DNA of 64,000 bases from Lytechinus pictus (Eukaryota): assembly GCF_037042905.1 (NCBI RefSeq), contig NC_087251.1:372001-436000 (forward strand), in the 5' to 3' direction. The position numbers and the translations under genes are program-made. Below, in pieces: positions 52,201 to 60,425 of the stretch. The notes beneath the pieces were generated by a model. That model was not told the origin of the DNA. It made no database searches and saw nothing but the letters and a program-made list of their open reading frames with translations. Numbering within the stretch: position 1 is the stretch's first letter; the number at the start of each line of letters is the position of its first letter.

Positions 52201-53776
52201 TTTGACCAAAGTAGAGTACGAATCAGGTCATTTTAAGCATTTCAAAAATTTGCGCGCGCGCACGGTTACGCGCGCGTTCTCGCGCGTAACGGCACTATAC
52301 AACATAAGATCGGCATTTTCTTTATATCAATGCATTGATAATATTCTGAGTAATTTGATACCTTGATCAACCTTCTACGACAAGTAATAACGGAATTAGC
52401 CTCCATCAAAGTTTACAGCACGCAAGCGCGCGCGCACTAACCATAGACAATATATGTGCAAAAACATGCCTATACAAAACTCATTATAGCTCTTCAGGTA
52501 GTCCGTTGACCCCCAATTTTTTTTTCATATTCGAATAGAGTATGGATGGGAGATATGATTTCATGTCACATTTGACCCGAAATTTCATCATGACGTCATC
52601 AAAATGGCGTCGAAACTCTAAATTCCCATTTTGCTACTTATGATGTCATCATAGTTAGGCAAATTTGACTCTAACTCCATAAATATTGGTCAATTTTCAC
52701 TCAGTTTCTTATATGTTGTAGCTGAGGACATACTCTTTCTAATGTGATGGCTATATTTACATTTAAAGGAATGGATCATCCTGAAAAATGGCAAGTTATA
52801 GAGGCATGTCATTTTCGCTCATTTTGTGTGCAATCTCTATGGGAAATGACTTTTTCTCAAAACTTGATTTTACATTCTTCTATTTCGCGAGCCATATCTC
52901 CATTTCTTTTTGTTGGTTTTCTCTGAACTTGGAGTATGTTGTAGCTGAGATTGTAAGCTATGGCTAATGTGGTCTCCATTTTCCAATCAGATCCCGGGAT
53001 CATGCCCGTATTTCTCTTGCAAAATTGGATTTGAGATCCTATGTGTAAAGTCTATGGGAAATAGTGCTTATGTGTAAAGTCTATGGGAAATAGTGTAGCT
53101 CAGTTGGTAAGGCATCAGACTTGCTTTCTCAGGGTCGAGGGTTGGAACCCAGGGGTGAACATGAGATTTTTTTTTTTTTTTTTTTCTTTTCAACATTTCA
53201 CAAATGGTCCTTCATGACCATTACAAGGTATATAAGTTAAAACATTGCACAATAAAATAGTTTAAAAAATCCTTTTCATATAACATGTACATGTACCATG
53301 TGTATCATTTACACCTATTTTCCAAAGTTTCTCATTTCTTTCTTTTCAAGAGTATTCAACACGTTCTTTTCGTAAGAGAAGTTCAGTTTTCATCATGATG
53401 ATCATATTGATCTCAATAAACATGCTAATTGTCTTCCTCATCATGAAATCAGAGACAGATCACCTAATTCGTCCTCATGACGAATTAAAATTCTAGTTTA
53501 GACTTCATTTCATGTACATGTAGGCCTACATGCAAGATGGTATTAGTTTTACATGTAATCCTTTTAGTATATTGAGTGGGTACCAAGCCAATCACTACAT
53601 TAATTGATGTTTAGGAAATAATGAAAGTTATAGCCTTAATGATTGATACACAGATCATGTTGAACCTGGAGAAGGTGCACATAATACTGGAAGAGATGCT
53701 GAGTAATGGACACATTACAGAGACAAGGAAGGGCCACATTCTATCCCAGCTAGGTCTTATGGATTCTAACAGATGA
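22105..53776 (+). CDS. AP4S1: AP-4 complex sigma subunit-like gene, spliced CDS join(22105..22242,37849..37935,48030..48098,50049..50060,53654..53776), 142 aa
   Basis: The manually spliced translation MIKFVLMISKSNRTCFSRYFEDRELKERVLLESDLIRTILARKTKG/CSFFDYHDLKIIFRQFASVFIICGVDEEE/NEIGILEFIQLFVEILDSYFPKV/SDFD/IMLNLEKVHIILEEMLSNGHITETRKGHILSQLGLMDSNR* aligns colinearly with AP sigma subunits, best with sigma4 as recalled. All introns are phase 0 GT-AG. Exon sizes 138/87/69/12 match the vertebrate AP4S1 layout as recalled. Confidence 0.9.
23004..23827 (-). mobile_element. TAGAC...GTCTA-family non-autonomous DNA transposon, 9-bp TSD
   Basis: Termini TAGACC/CTGTCTA; TSD GCTTATCAG at 22995-23003 and 23828-23836. 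It interrupts the left arm of the 22403-26374 element. Confidence 0.85.
23917..24731. mobile_element. Tc1/mariner-like MITE
   Basis: TA|CAGTGCGTCCCAGAAAAAACGAAACCGAG...CTGGGACGCACTG|TA; second copy at 60426-61590. Confidence 0.88.
27299..27872. mobile_element. Complete Kolobok-like MITE (AGGGATGGTCC family)
   Basis: TTAA|AGGGATGGTCCAGGCTG...CAGCCCGGACCATCCCT|TTAA with ~190-bp arms. Confidence 0.85.
27525..28996 (+). repeat. Tandem duplication of a ~737-bp unit
   Basis: 27525-28260 is repeated nearly identically at 28261-28996, including the right half of the MITE and its flank. Confidence 0.9.
29130..29405 (+). repeat. Fragment related to the interior of the 15083-15505 element
   Basis: Shares CAAAATCCCCCCG..GGGGCT and CATAAACATATGGCCATTG..CCCTGTACAGAT..TAGAACTTCGGTCTCTG with 15198-15437. 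Confidence 0.65.
30370..31082. mobile_element. MITE with TAG...CTA termini and 9-bp TSD
   Basis: TIR TAGCCTATAATCTAG(G/A)CGGAGGCTG of ~120 bp; TSD TACTCATAC (30361-30369) / TACTGATAC (31083-31091). Confidence 0.82.
31236..32796 (+). mobile_element. Helentron-associated (HINE/DINE-1-like) element with ~120-bp internal tandem repeats
   Basis: T-run then ATACGCCCGTC subterminal IR with adjacent hairpin, (GTCC)n microsatellite, tandem units, then 3' GGCGGGCGTAT + hairpin + CTTGT. Confidence 0.78.
31510..32326. mobile_element. P-element-like non-autonomous element nested in the HINE
   Basis: TIR CATGGACCTATTACGAATGGACATTCAACGA / TCGTTGAATGTCCATTTGTGATAGGTCCATG; 7-bp TSD GTATGAT at 31503-31509 and 32327-32333. 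Confidence 0.78.
34121..34638. mobile_element. Palindromic MITE
   Basis: ACGTGGCTGGGATAAATTGTCACT... inverted at ...AGTGACAATTTATCCCAGCCACGT; arms ~130-200 bp. Confidence 0.75.
37849..37935 (+). CDS. AP4S1: AP4S1-like coding exon 2 (29 codons)
   Basis: Acceptor ttctgtgcag, donor GTAAGA at 37936; encodes CSFFDYHDLKIIFRQFASVFIICGVDEEE. Confidence 0.92.
38009..38510 (+). mobile_element. Decayed HINE-like element (GTCTCACCTGCA family)
   Basis: Same 5' module and tandem unit as 46140-47090. Confidence 0.65.
40759..41359. mobile_element. Kolobok-like MITE inserted in LINE ORF2
   Basis: TTAT|AGGGATACTCC...GGACCATCCCT|TTAA; removing it rejoins the LINE frame KDTMAFK/PVTEYEVQ. Confidence 0.8.
42114..44106 (-). 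mobile_element. HINE-like element with ~10 tandem units of ~154 bp, inserted in LINE ORF2
   Basis: Subterminal IR TGCATTGACGCCT at both ends, (CTT)n microsatellite near the 5' end, 3' hairpin + CTAGTT; AGAGGGCGCTATT recurs every ~154 bp. Confidence 0.8.
45709..47522 (+). mobile_element. HINE-like element (GTCTCACCTGCA family) containing a younger copy of the same family at 46140-47090
   Basis: Two 5' modules (GACTATAGGCGCCGCTTTT + (GGC)n) and two 3' modules (TGCAGG(T/C)GAGAC..GCCAGAGGC..TCCACTTGTT) in nested order; ~160-bp tandem units. Confidence 0.82.
48030..48098 (+). CDS. AP4S1: AP4S1-like coding exon 3 (23 codons)
   Basis: Acceptor ctctctttacag, donor GTGAGT at 48099; encodes NEIGILEFIQLFVEILDSYFPKV. 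Confidence 0.92.
48369..49203 (+). mobile_element. HINE-like element (GTCTCACCTGCA family)
   Basis: TTTTGTCTCGCCTGCAAGGCAGAGCGAGAC 5' module, tandem units, 3' CCAGAGGCACTCCACTTGTT. Confidence 0.8.
49640..49925. repeat. Polypyrimidine (CT-rich) low-complexity tract
   Basis: Direct inspection. Confidence 0.85.
50049..50060 (+). CDS. AP4S1: AP4S1-like 12-nt microexon (SDFD)
   Basis: Strong U2 acceptor ttttctttccacag, then TCTGACTTTGAT, then U12 donor GTATCCTTTG. It fills exactly the 4-aa gap (S/C-E-L-D position) between exons 3 and 5. Confidence 0.88.
51212..51795. mobile_element. Kolobok-like MITE, inverted copy of 2472-3046
   Basis: TTAA|AGGAGAATGAAACTC...GGTTTCATTCTCCT|TTAA. Confidence 0.85.
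51821..53498 (+). mobile_element. HINE-like element (TAGGTGATCTGTC family) in the U12 intron
   Basis: 5' TTTTAGGTGATCTGTC..GACAGATCAACTA; 3' GACAGATCACCTAA + hairpin AATTCGTC-CTCAT-GACGAATT + CTAGTT. Confidence 0.78.
53094..53160 (+). pseudogene. tRNA-derived sequence (pseudogene or SINE head)
   Basis: A box TAGCTCAGTTGG and B-box-like GGTTGGAACCC, followed by a T run; acceptor and anticodon stems are degenerate. Confidence 0.6.
53654..53776 (+). CDS. AP4S1: AP4S1-like last coding exon (40 codons + TGA)
   Basis: Acceptor CAG at 53651-53653; encodes IMLNLEKVHIILEEMLSNGHITETRKGHILSQLGLMDSNR*. Confidence 0.92.
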   Translation: MMLNLEKVHIILEEMLSNGHITETRKGHILSQLGLMDSNR

Positions 53777-54571
53777 TCATGAACATCTTGTATAATCCTT
53801 ACAACAGGCAAGGATGAGCTGTTTGAGCTACATCTCATGGAGTTAAACACATTTAATCCAGGGACCATTTCATGAAAGCTGTTAGCACTGACAATTTTTT
53901 GTTATCGTTCATTACCCAAACTAGTAACAATGGGACACCTGTGCTTCTCAGCAAATCCAAATCAAAGAAAGTTGTCAGATATGATGCTAATGGTCCAGTC
54001 CCAAGTGGCAAGGTGGTTTGGATGATACCTTTGGTAATGGAGCTAACTTTCATCAAATAAGGACAAGTTGTCTTAGCTACATCGTCCTTTTCACTGGTTC
54101 CCTGGCTACTGAGCTGCATACTGTGTGGTAAATTTGTCTTGCGTCACCTCAGATTTTTGCCCTTGGCATTTGTGTTAATGCTACTAAATGTCCCTGCAAC
54201 AGTTCTTGTAATTTTGAAAATTACCTACCAATTCACAGCTATTTTCTTTCTGGGATATTATTGGTACATTGCTTTTACATTAACAAAATACCAGCTGTTT
54301 TCCTGATTGTGCCAGGGTAGGTGTAATTGCATCTATGAACTGTAGTAGATAATGCTGTCCTCCACACTTTCTTCAACCCTCTCCCTATCTGTTTGCTTAC
54401 ATGATGCACATGTATGTATTTATACTCTTACTAGTATCTCTACATTGTATACTGTTTCACAGGTGATCTATGTGTTAAAAAGCTGTGCTTTTAATTGATC
54501 ACCTAAATCCTGCCTTTAATTAGTGTTTATGCATTGTTAATTTATTGATGACATTATGTTTTGTGAAATTG

Positions 54572-54577
54572 AATAAA
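54572..54577 (+). promoter_or_regulatory. Probable polyadenylation signal of the AP4S1-like gene
   Basis: AATAAA (with an overlapping second copy) ~800 nt after the stop, followed by T-rich sequence. Confidence 0.55.
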
Positions 54578-55098
54578 ATAAACTTTAATTTTACTTTGAA
54601 ACTTTGAATTTTAAATTGTACCATGCCTACTTAGCTTATTGGGAGGCTTTACCCTAAAACTGCCAGAGGGGGGGGGGGTTGTTAATCAACCCCCCCCCAA
54701 CATTTTCCGCAACCATTCCGCTGTGCCAAACTTTTCAACCACACCACTCACTGACTTTTTATTTTGAAATCTTGCGCATTTTTAGACCAAAATTACGATA
54801 CCCAGGTATGCGGTTTGAAAATAACGCAACATTATGTAAGTGCGTGTCAGACCCAAAATTGCTCTAAAACATGACTTTGTGTACAAAGTCAATGTAAAAT
54901 GAGTTTTCTCATCTTATTCTTAAAGATATTATTGTTTTTACTTTCATCAGCTGAAATTAATTGATTTTACCTTAATTATGCTTTAAAAATGCTCTGCAAG
55001 AAATTGAGTTTTAAAAAAGAAAAACAAGGAAAAAAAAACAACGAAATACTAGAAATTCATTAAACAATGAAATACAAAAGAAATTCATTTTTAAACTT

Positions 55099-55285
55099 GG
55101 TGGGTGTTTCATAAAGCTGTTCATAAGTTAAGAGCAACTTTAAGAATGACTGGTGATCCTTTCTTGTGGTAAATGGTATACACCAAAATGTTCATTGGCG
55201 ATGGTTCAACTCATAACAAAGGTTCACCATTCTTTCTTAATAAAGTCGCTCTTAACTTACTAACAGCTTTATAAAACAGCCCCCC
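55099..55285. mobile_element. Small Harbinger-like MITE
   Basis: GGGTGTTTCATAAAGCTGTT...AACAGCTTTATAAAACAGCCCCC. Confidence 0.65.
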
Positions 55286-55900
55286 GGATTTTTTTTAATT
55301 TGTAATTGTTAGCAATGATATAAAGAATATTTACACCAAAAATTTGCATTCTAAGAGCTTTTTATAGTGAATTAGAGCAAAAAAAGTGATTTAAGCATAA
55401 ATTAGCATAATTCATTTAAAAGAATCTATTGATTTAGGAAAAATTAACCATAGAGCCTTGTAGATTACATCCTACACTATTATCATGCCAATTTTCATGG
55501 CGTTCACGCGATCGGCTGCCAAGATCTCGTATCATTTCCATTGATACCCTATTTGTGCCACGCATGACACAATTAAGTGATGTTGAAGACAACAGGTGCA
55601 GATACCACTTTTTCCAAGTTTTTGAAAACTTGATGAAAGAGCAGATGCTGATGTAAATACTTTCATTTCATTTCATTTTATTTCCACAAAATTAAAATAT
55701 ATACAAAGCAATATAAAAATACATTTTGAAATAGTGGTGGACCAAATTAAAGCTCATCAGGCTTGTTTGGATGGCCCAAAATAAGATTCATAAGCGCATA
55801 CATAATACATAAAACATAATACATACATAATCATAAAAATACATTCATATGGCATAAGACAGGACAGGAAAGAAGGAGGAAAGAAACAGAGAGGCTATGA

Positions 55901-58900
55901 TTATTTGTCAAGAGAAAGGGGTTGGTCAGTGTAAAGTAAGTGTCGTTTGTAGTTAAAGTTGAAAAGTTTACATGTCTTAGCTGTCTGAAGTTTAACAGAG
56001 AGATTGTTCCACAGTATAGGGCCCTGATAAAAAATGGTTGATTTGGCTAGCTCTGTGCGACACAGAGGAGGATGAAATTTACACCTATTTCCTGTATTAT
56101 GGGAATGAATGGATCGATTCAATATAAAATAATTCAAAAGTGACGGTGGTATATTACCATGATAACAGTTATTCATGAATGAACCAGTTTGTAAAGAAAT
56201 AATACTATGAATTGAAAGAATATTCATTTTGGAAAATAAAGGGGAAGAAGGGTGTAAATGATGAGAATGAGTTATAACTCTTAGTGCCCTTTTCTGTAGA
56301 CGAAATATACGATTAAGATTATATTTTGATGAAAAGCCCCACACTGTGGAACAATAACTTAAATGAGAAGATATTAAAGAATGATACAATAATTTAAGAA
56401 CATTTCTGGGCAAAAATGATAATTTCCTAAGAATTCCAATATTTCTAGATATGGTACCACATAGATGACTTATATGATTATTCCAAGACAACTTATCATC
56501 AATAATAACACCTAAGAACTTCGTACTTGACACTCTATTAATAATACGATCATTATAATGAATATTTGGGATGTTATTACTAATTTTACGTGTACCAAAT
56601 ATTACATAGTTAGTTTTATCTACATTTAAAATCAACTTATTGGCACACATCCATTGATGTAATTTTATTAATTGGGTGTTCATGGTATTGATAAGTTGAG
56701 TTGGATCAGGATTGGAAAGAAAAATACTGGTGTCGTCTGCAAATAATATGTAATTTAATAAGGTTGAACATTTTGGCAAGTCATTTATGTAAATCAAAAA
56801 CAGAAGGGGACCAAGTATAGAGCCTTGGGGCACTCCACATCTTACTGTATTGTATTTTGATTCCACACCATCTATAACTGTATACTGTTGTCGTTCATTC
56901 AAATAACTTCGAAACCAGTTTAAAACAATACCTCTGATCCCATAGTAATGTAATTTATGAAATAAAATTGAGTGATCTATAATGTCAAAAGCTTTTGACA
57001 AATCAATAAAAACTGTTAATGTATATTCTTTCCTTTCTATTGCTTGTGTAATTTTATGAATCAATTCCAATATTGCAGAAGATGTGGAGTGCCCACATCT
57101 AAAACCAAACTGAGTACAGAAAAGAACTTGGAGTTTATCAAAAAAAGAAACAACTCTATTATACATACATCTTTCGAGTATTTTAGCAAATATTGAGAGT
57201 ACAGAGATTGGTCTATAATTATTAAGTTCACTCGTATCACCTTTTTTGTAAACTGGGGTTACTCTGGCTATTTTCATTAAATCAGGATATTTGCCAGTAG
57301 ATATACTACAGTTAAAAATATGACTAAGATTTTCACAAATGACTGGTAAACGAATTATTTTCTTTACAACTTTGATACCCAGAGAATCTTGACCAGAACT
57401 TGTATTGCTTTTCATTTTTAAAACTATATCAATAATTTCACTTGGTTTTATTGGTTTGAGATATAGCGATTGCAAATTGGGGTCATCTAGATAAGAAGCA
57501 AAATTAGTGTTAGAATTATTAGTGTGTTGAGAAGACAATTTAATACCAATTGTAGCAAAAAAATCATTAAAGGCATTTGCAATTGTTTCTTTATTAGTTA
57601 CAATTTCACCATTCAGTTTTATAGCATTAATACTTGAAGATGAGCTTTTATTTTTTCCCAGAATTGTATTAATACATTGCCAAGTCTTTCTTGTATTGTC
57701 TTTGAAATCATTGAATTTCTTGAAATAAAAATTACTCTTAGCTTGCCTAAGCTTTAAGGTTACATAATTTCTGAATCTTTTATATGTTTTCTCACGATAC
57801 TGTGTAGGATATTGTAAAAACTTTTTATAGAGTTCTGATTTTTTCTGGCAGAGCTTTTTTAAATCATGCGTCATCCATACTCTTTTATTACATATCTTTT
57901 TCTGTTGACATTCTTTTTTCATAAAGCATTTATTATATAAATTGGTAAAATTTGTGAGAAATGAATTGTACGAACTATTTACATCATCAGTTAAATTAAA
58001 TGACAGATTTTGAACTTCACTATAAAACATATTAATTGTGTCATCATTGATACAGCGTACAGTATAAATAGATTCATGTGGCACACTTGTTAACGAACCA
58101 GTAATTGCAAAAACAGGTAAATGGTCGCTTACCGGTATATCAGATATGAGAATACCAGCATTGATAAATAAATCTGAGTTAACAAAAATATTATCCAACA
58201 AAGTGGCAGACGAAGTTGTAACACGAGTTGGTGCACCAATAAGCGGCTGAAAAGAATAACTTAGCATCAAATCGAAAAAAGCATCGATTTTAATATTTTG
58301 TGAAACTTTTAACATATCTAAGTTGAAATCACCCATGATGTAACATTCATAATTATTCATAATATTGTTTTGAAAAACATTTGTAAAATCTTCTAAAAAA
58401 CCATCAACAGATTTGTCAGGAGGGCGATAAATGACACCAATCAATTTATTTTTACCCTTTTGTGGAATTTCAATGAATAACGATTCAAAAGTACTGTATT
58501 GTGTAGCTAAATCATTAATTTTGTAATGCACAGACTTATTGATATACATTCCAATTCCACCACCTTTTTTACCAACTCGGTGTTTATGTTCAAATAAATA
58601 ATCTTCTAATTGAAACATTGATAAAGGAGATGAATCATTTAGCCAAGTCTCGGATATTCCAATAATATCAAAGTGATGTTCAATTTCATTTAAAAATATG
58701 TCTAAATTTTCAAAATTTTTATTAAGACTTCTGCAATTGAGATGTATAATAGAATATGTTTTACCTAATGATCTGTTATTTTCGTTAAATGTTTTTACAG
58801 TAAAATACTGGTCTGACAAATTAATAGGATCAAAAGGCTCATCATTATTCAAGGATAACTTTGGTGTGCCATTATTAATCATTTCATGTAGGAATGAATC

Positions 58901-59158
58901 TGAAAACTTTTTTCTACGGTCATTAAGAGACATATGGCATGTATCATAGAATTGTTCATCATTAACATTATTAAAAGGAAAAATTTCACTTAAGCATTTA
59001 TTACATAAAAAGTTATTGTTTGTTACATCATTTCCAAAGCCAAGCAAATCATGTTTCAAATCATAAATGTTTTCTGTAATGCTACAATTTGAACATTTTA
59101 CCCAATAATTATCAAGATTCACTGGAGAGGAATCACAGTTAATTACTGACAGAGACAT
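55901..59158 (-). CDS. LINE ORF2: AP endonuclease + reverse transcriptase, 1085 aa
   Basis: APE motifs HLNCRSL, ISETWL, VIYRPP, MGDFNLD, LLDNIF, SDHLPVF; RT motifs NYRPISVL, FIDLSKAFD, GVPQGSILGPLLFLIYIND, FADD, KFLGV; no stops or frameshifts. Confidence 0.96.
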   Translation of the reverse strand: MSLSVINCDSSPVNLDNYWVKCSNCSITENIYDLKHDLLGFGNDVTNNNFLCNKCLSEIFPFNNVNDEQFYDTCHMSLNDRRKKFSDSFLHEMINNGTPKLSLNNDEPFDPINLSDQYFTVKTFNENNRSLGKTYSIIHLNCRSLNKNFENLDIFLNEIEHHFDIIGISETWLNDSSPLSMFQLEDYLFEHKHRVGKKGGGIGMYINKSVHYKINDLATQYSTFESLFIEIPQKGKNKLIGVIYRPPDKSVDGFLEDFTNVFQNNIMNNYECYIMGDFNLDMLKVSQNIKIDAFFDLMLSYSFQPLIGAPTRVTTSSATLLDNIFVNSDLFINAGILISDIPVSDHLPVFAITGSLTSVPHESIYTVRCINDDTINMFYSEVQNLSFNLTDDVNSSYNSFLTNFTNLYNKCFMKKECQQKKICNKRVWMTHDLKKLCQKKSELYKKFLQYPTQYREKTYKRFRNYVTLKLRQAKSNFYFKKFNDFKDNTRKTWQCINTILGKNKSSSSSINAIKLNGEIVTNKETIANAFNDFFATIGIKLSSQHTNNSNTNFASYLDDPNLQSLYLKPIKPSEIIDIVLKMKSNTSSGQDSLGIKVVKKIIRLPVICENLSHIFNCSISTGKYPDLMKIARVTPVYKKGDTSELNNYRPISVLSIFAKILERCMYNRVVSFFDKLQVLFCTQFGFRCGHSTSSAILELIHKITQAIERKEYTLTVFIDLSKAFDIIDHSILFHKLHYYGIRGIVLNWFRSYLNERQQYTVIDGVESKYNTVRCGVPQGSILGPLLFLIYINDLPKCSTLLNYILFADDTSIFLSNPDPTQLINTMNTQLIKLHQWMCANKLILNVDKTNYVIFGTRKISNNIPNIHYNDRIINRVSSTKFLGVIIDDKLSWNNHISHLCGTISRNIGILRKLSFLPRNVLKLLYHSLISSHLSYCSTVWGFSSKYNLNRIFRLQKRALRVITHSHHLHPSSPLFSKMNILSIHSIISLQTGSFMNNCYHGNIPPSLLNYFILNRSIHSHNTGNRCKFHPPLCRTELAKSTIFYQGPILWNNLSVKLQTAKTCKLFNFNYKRHLLYTDQPLSLDK

Positions 59159-59487
59159 GTACGAATAAAGTTTTGAAACAAGCCAAGTAATTGGAGAGAG
59201 GAAAGACAGAAGAGAAAAACTTGAGAAAAGAGAGGAAATGAAGAAAGATACAACATTATAAAAAGCATATCACAACATATAAAATCAATCTTTGTAGTAA
59301 CAGAGCAAGCTTGTGAGAAATACATGGAAATGTGAAAAAAGTTCAGTATCAGTTCAATAGCAGTCAACATATAGGAGTCCACCAGGGTACATATAAATAA
59401 TGCATTTCCCATGTGTATGATTCAGTTGGAAGTGTTTGCTTCATGCATGTATTTCCTCTTCATTTGTTTACATTCACTTTGATATGC

Positions 59488-59620
59488 TTATAGTTTATTC
59501 AAGTCTTCTTCGCAGGTAATCAGCTTAGTCATGGTCTTCCCTCCTTGGGCTGGTAGCAGGGCGATGATACGACCATCTGATGACCAACACTGTACAACTT
59601 CAATGCCTGAGCTTGCAAAA
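59488..59620 (-). pseudogene. C-terminal fragment of LINE ORF1
   Basis: FASSGIEVVQCWSSDGRIIALLPAQGGKTMTKLITCEEDLNKL*; W-S/T-x-D/N-G-x-I is typical of CR1-group ORF1 ends. Confidence 0.7.
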
Positions 59621-60113
59621 ATCTTGATTGGACCTTTTTCTTCCACAGGAGTTTAAATGGGCGAATGTACTTGCAAATGATTAACAAGGAAATTGTACCA
59701 GTCGGACCAAGATTTTGAGAGGCAGGTTCGAGGAGTGTACCTGCATCTTTGGTGGATTCAGGACTAGCACTCCTGTCCATTGTTCCAACATCTTTCTAAA
59801 TAGACTCAAAGAACTCTTTGGAGTTTGGACATCAAGTTGTTGCCCTCAACCATGACGTAGAATGCCCACCAAGATTCTCTGACCTTGCGCCTGTGATTAT
59901 TTCCTTTGGGGACACTTAAAAAACAAGGTATTTGTAATTCCTTCTCAAGATCTTGATGATTTGCAGGGCCGAATTCGACATGAGTTGGATGCTTTTTGTG
60001 CAATGATCCGGCAATGGTAAGACGAGCTGTCCAAGATATCCTTAATCCCTCCATGCTACCAGTTTTGTGAGCAAAGGAGAGGAAATGTTGAAGGTTTGGG
60101 TGAATTTGAATAA
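59621..60113 (+). pseudogene. Tc1/mariner (DDxD-type) transposase C-terminal remnant
   Basis: Frameshifted motifs ILIGPF, LNGRMYLQMINKEIVP, WWIQD, HDVECPPRFSDLA-CDYFLWGHLKNKVF (consensus WPPRSPDLTPCDFFLWGYLK). Confidence 0.85.
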
Positions 60114-60425
60114 GACATTAACCTTTCAATCACCATATCAGAGGAATGCATTGACTCTTCATTCCAAAATTACTTTTTTACATTTTATTCTATCAAGCGC
60201 ACATTTTACCCACTTTACACAAACTTGGAAAAAATAGTACCTGCACCTGTTATCTTCAACATCAATAAAATCGGTCATGAGCAGCGCAAATGGTACAAAT
60301 AGGGTATCAATGGAAAGCTGATGAGTTTTTCTTTCATATTCATGCAGAATAATTCCACAAAATTAAATATGATCCAAATATCGGCCCTCTAGATTTGGAT
60401 TACCTTTTTTCTGAAACGCACTATA

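Larger units (their letters stand above)
50061..53653 (+). other. U12-type (minor spliceosome) GT-AG intron
   Basis: 5' site GTATCCTTTG matches the RTATCCTTT consensus. Branch-point-like GCCTTAAT at 53633-53640 lies ~13 nt before the AG, and there is no polypyrimidine tract. Confidence 0.87.
55661..59620 (-). mobile_element. 5'-truncated CR1-group (CR1/L2/Crack-like) LINE with intact ORF2
   Basis: (TGAAA)n 3' tail at 55661-55680, 3' UTR, ORF2, ~330-bp spacer and the last ~44 codons of ORF1. Confidence 0.92.
55529..60423 (+). mobile_element. Decayed Tc1/mariner transposon interrupted by a LINE
   Basis: 55529-55625 is the reverse complement of ~60218-60320 (TIRs); right end ...CTGAAACGCACTA|TA; transposase remnant inside. 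Confidence 0.78.
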
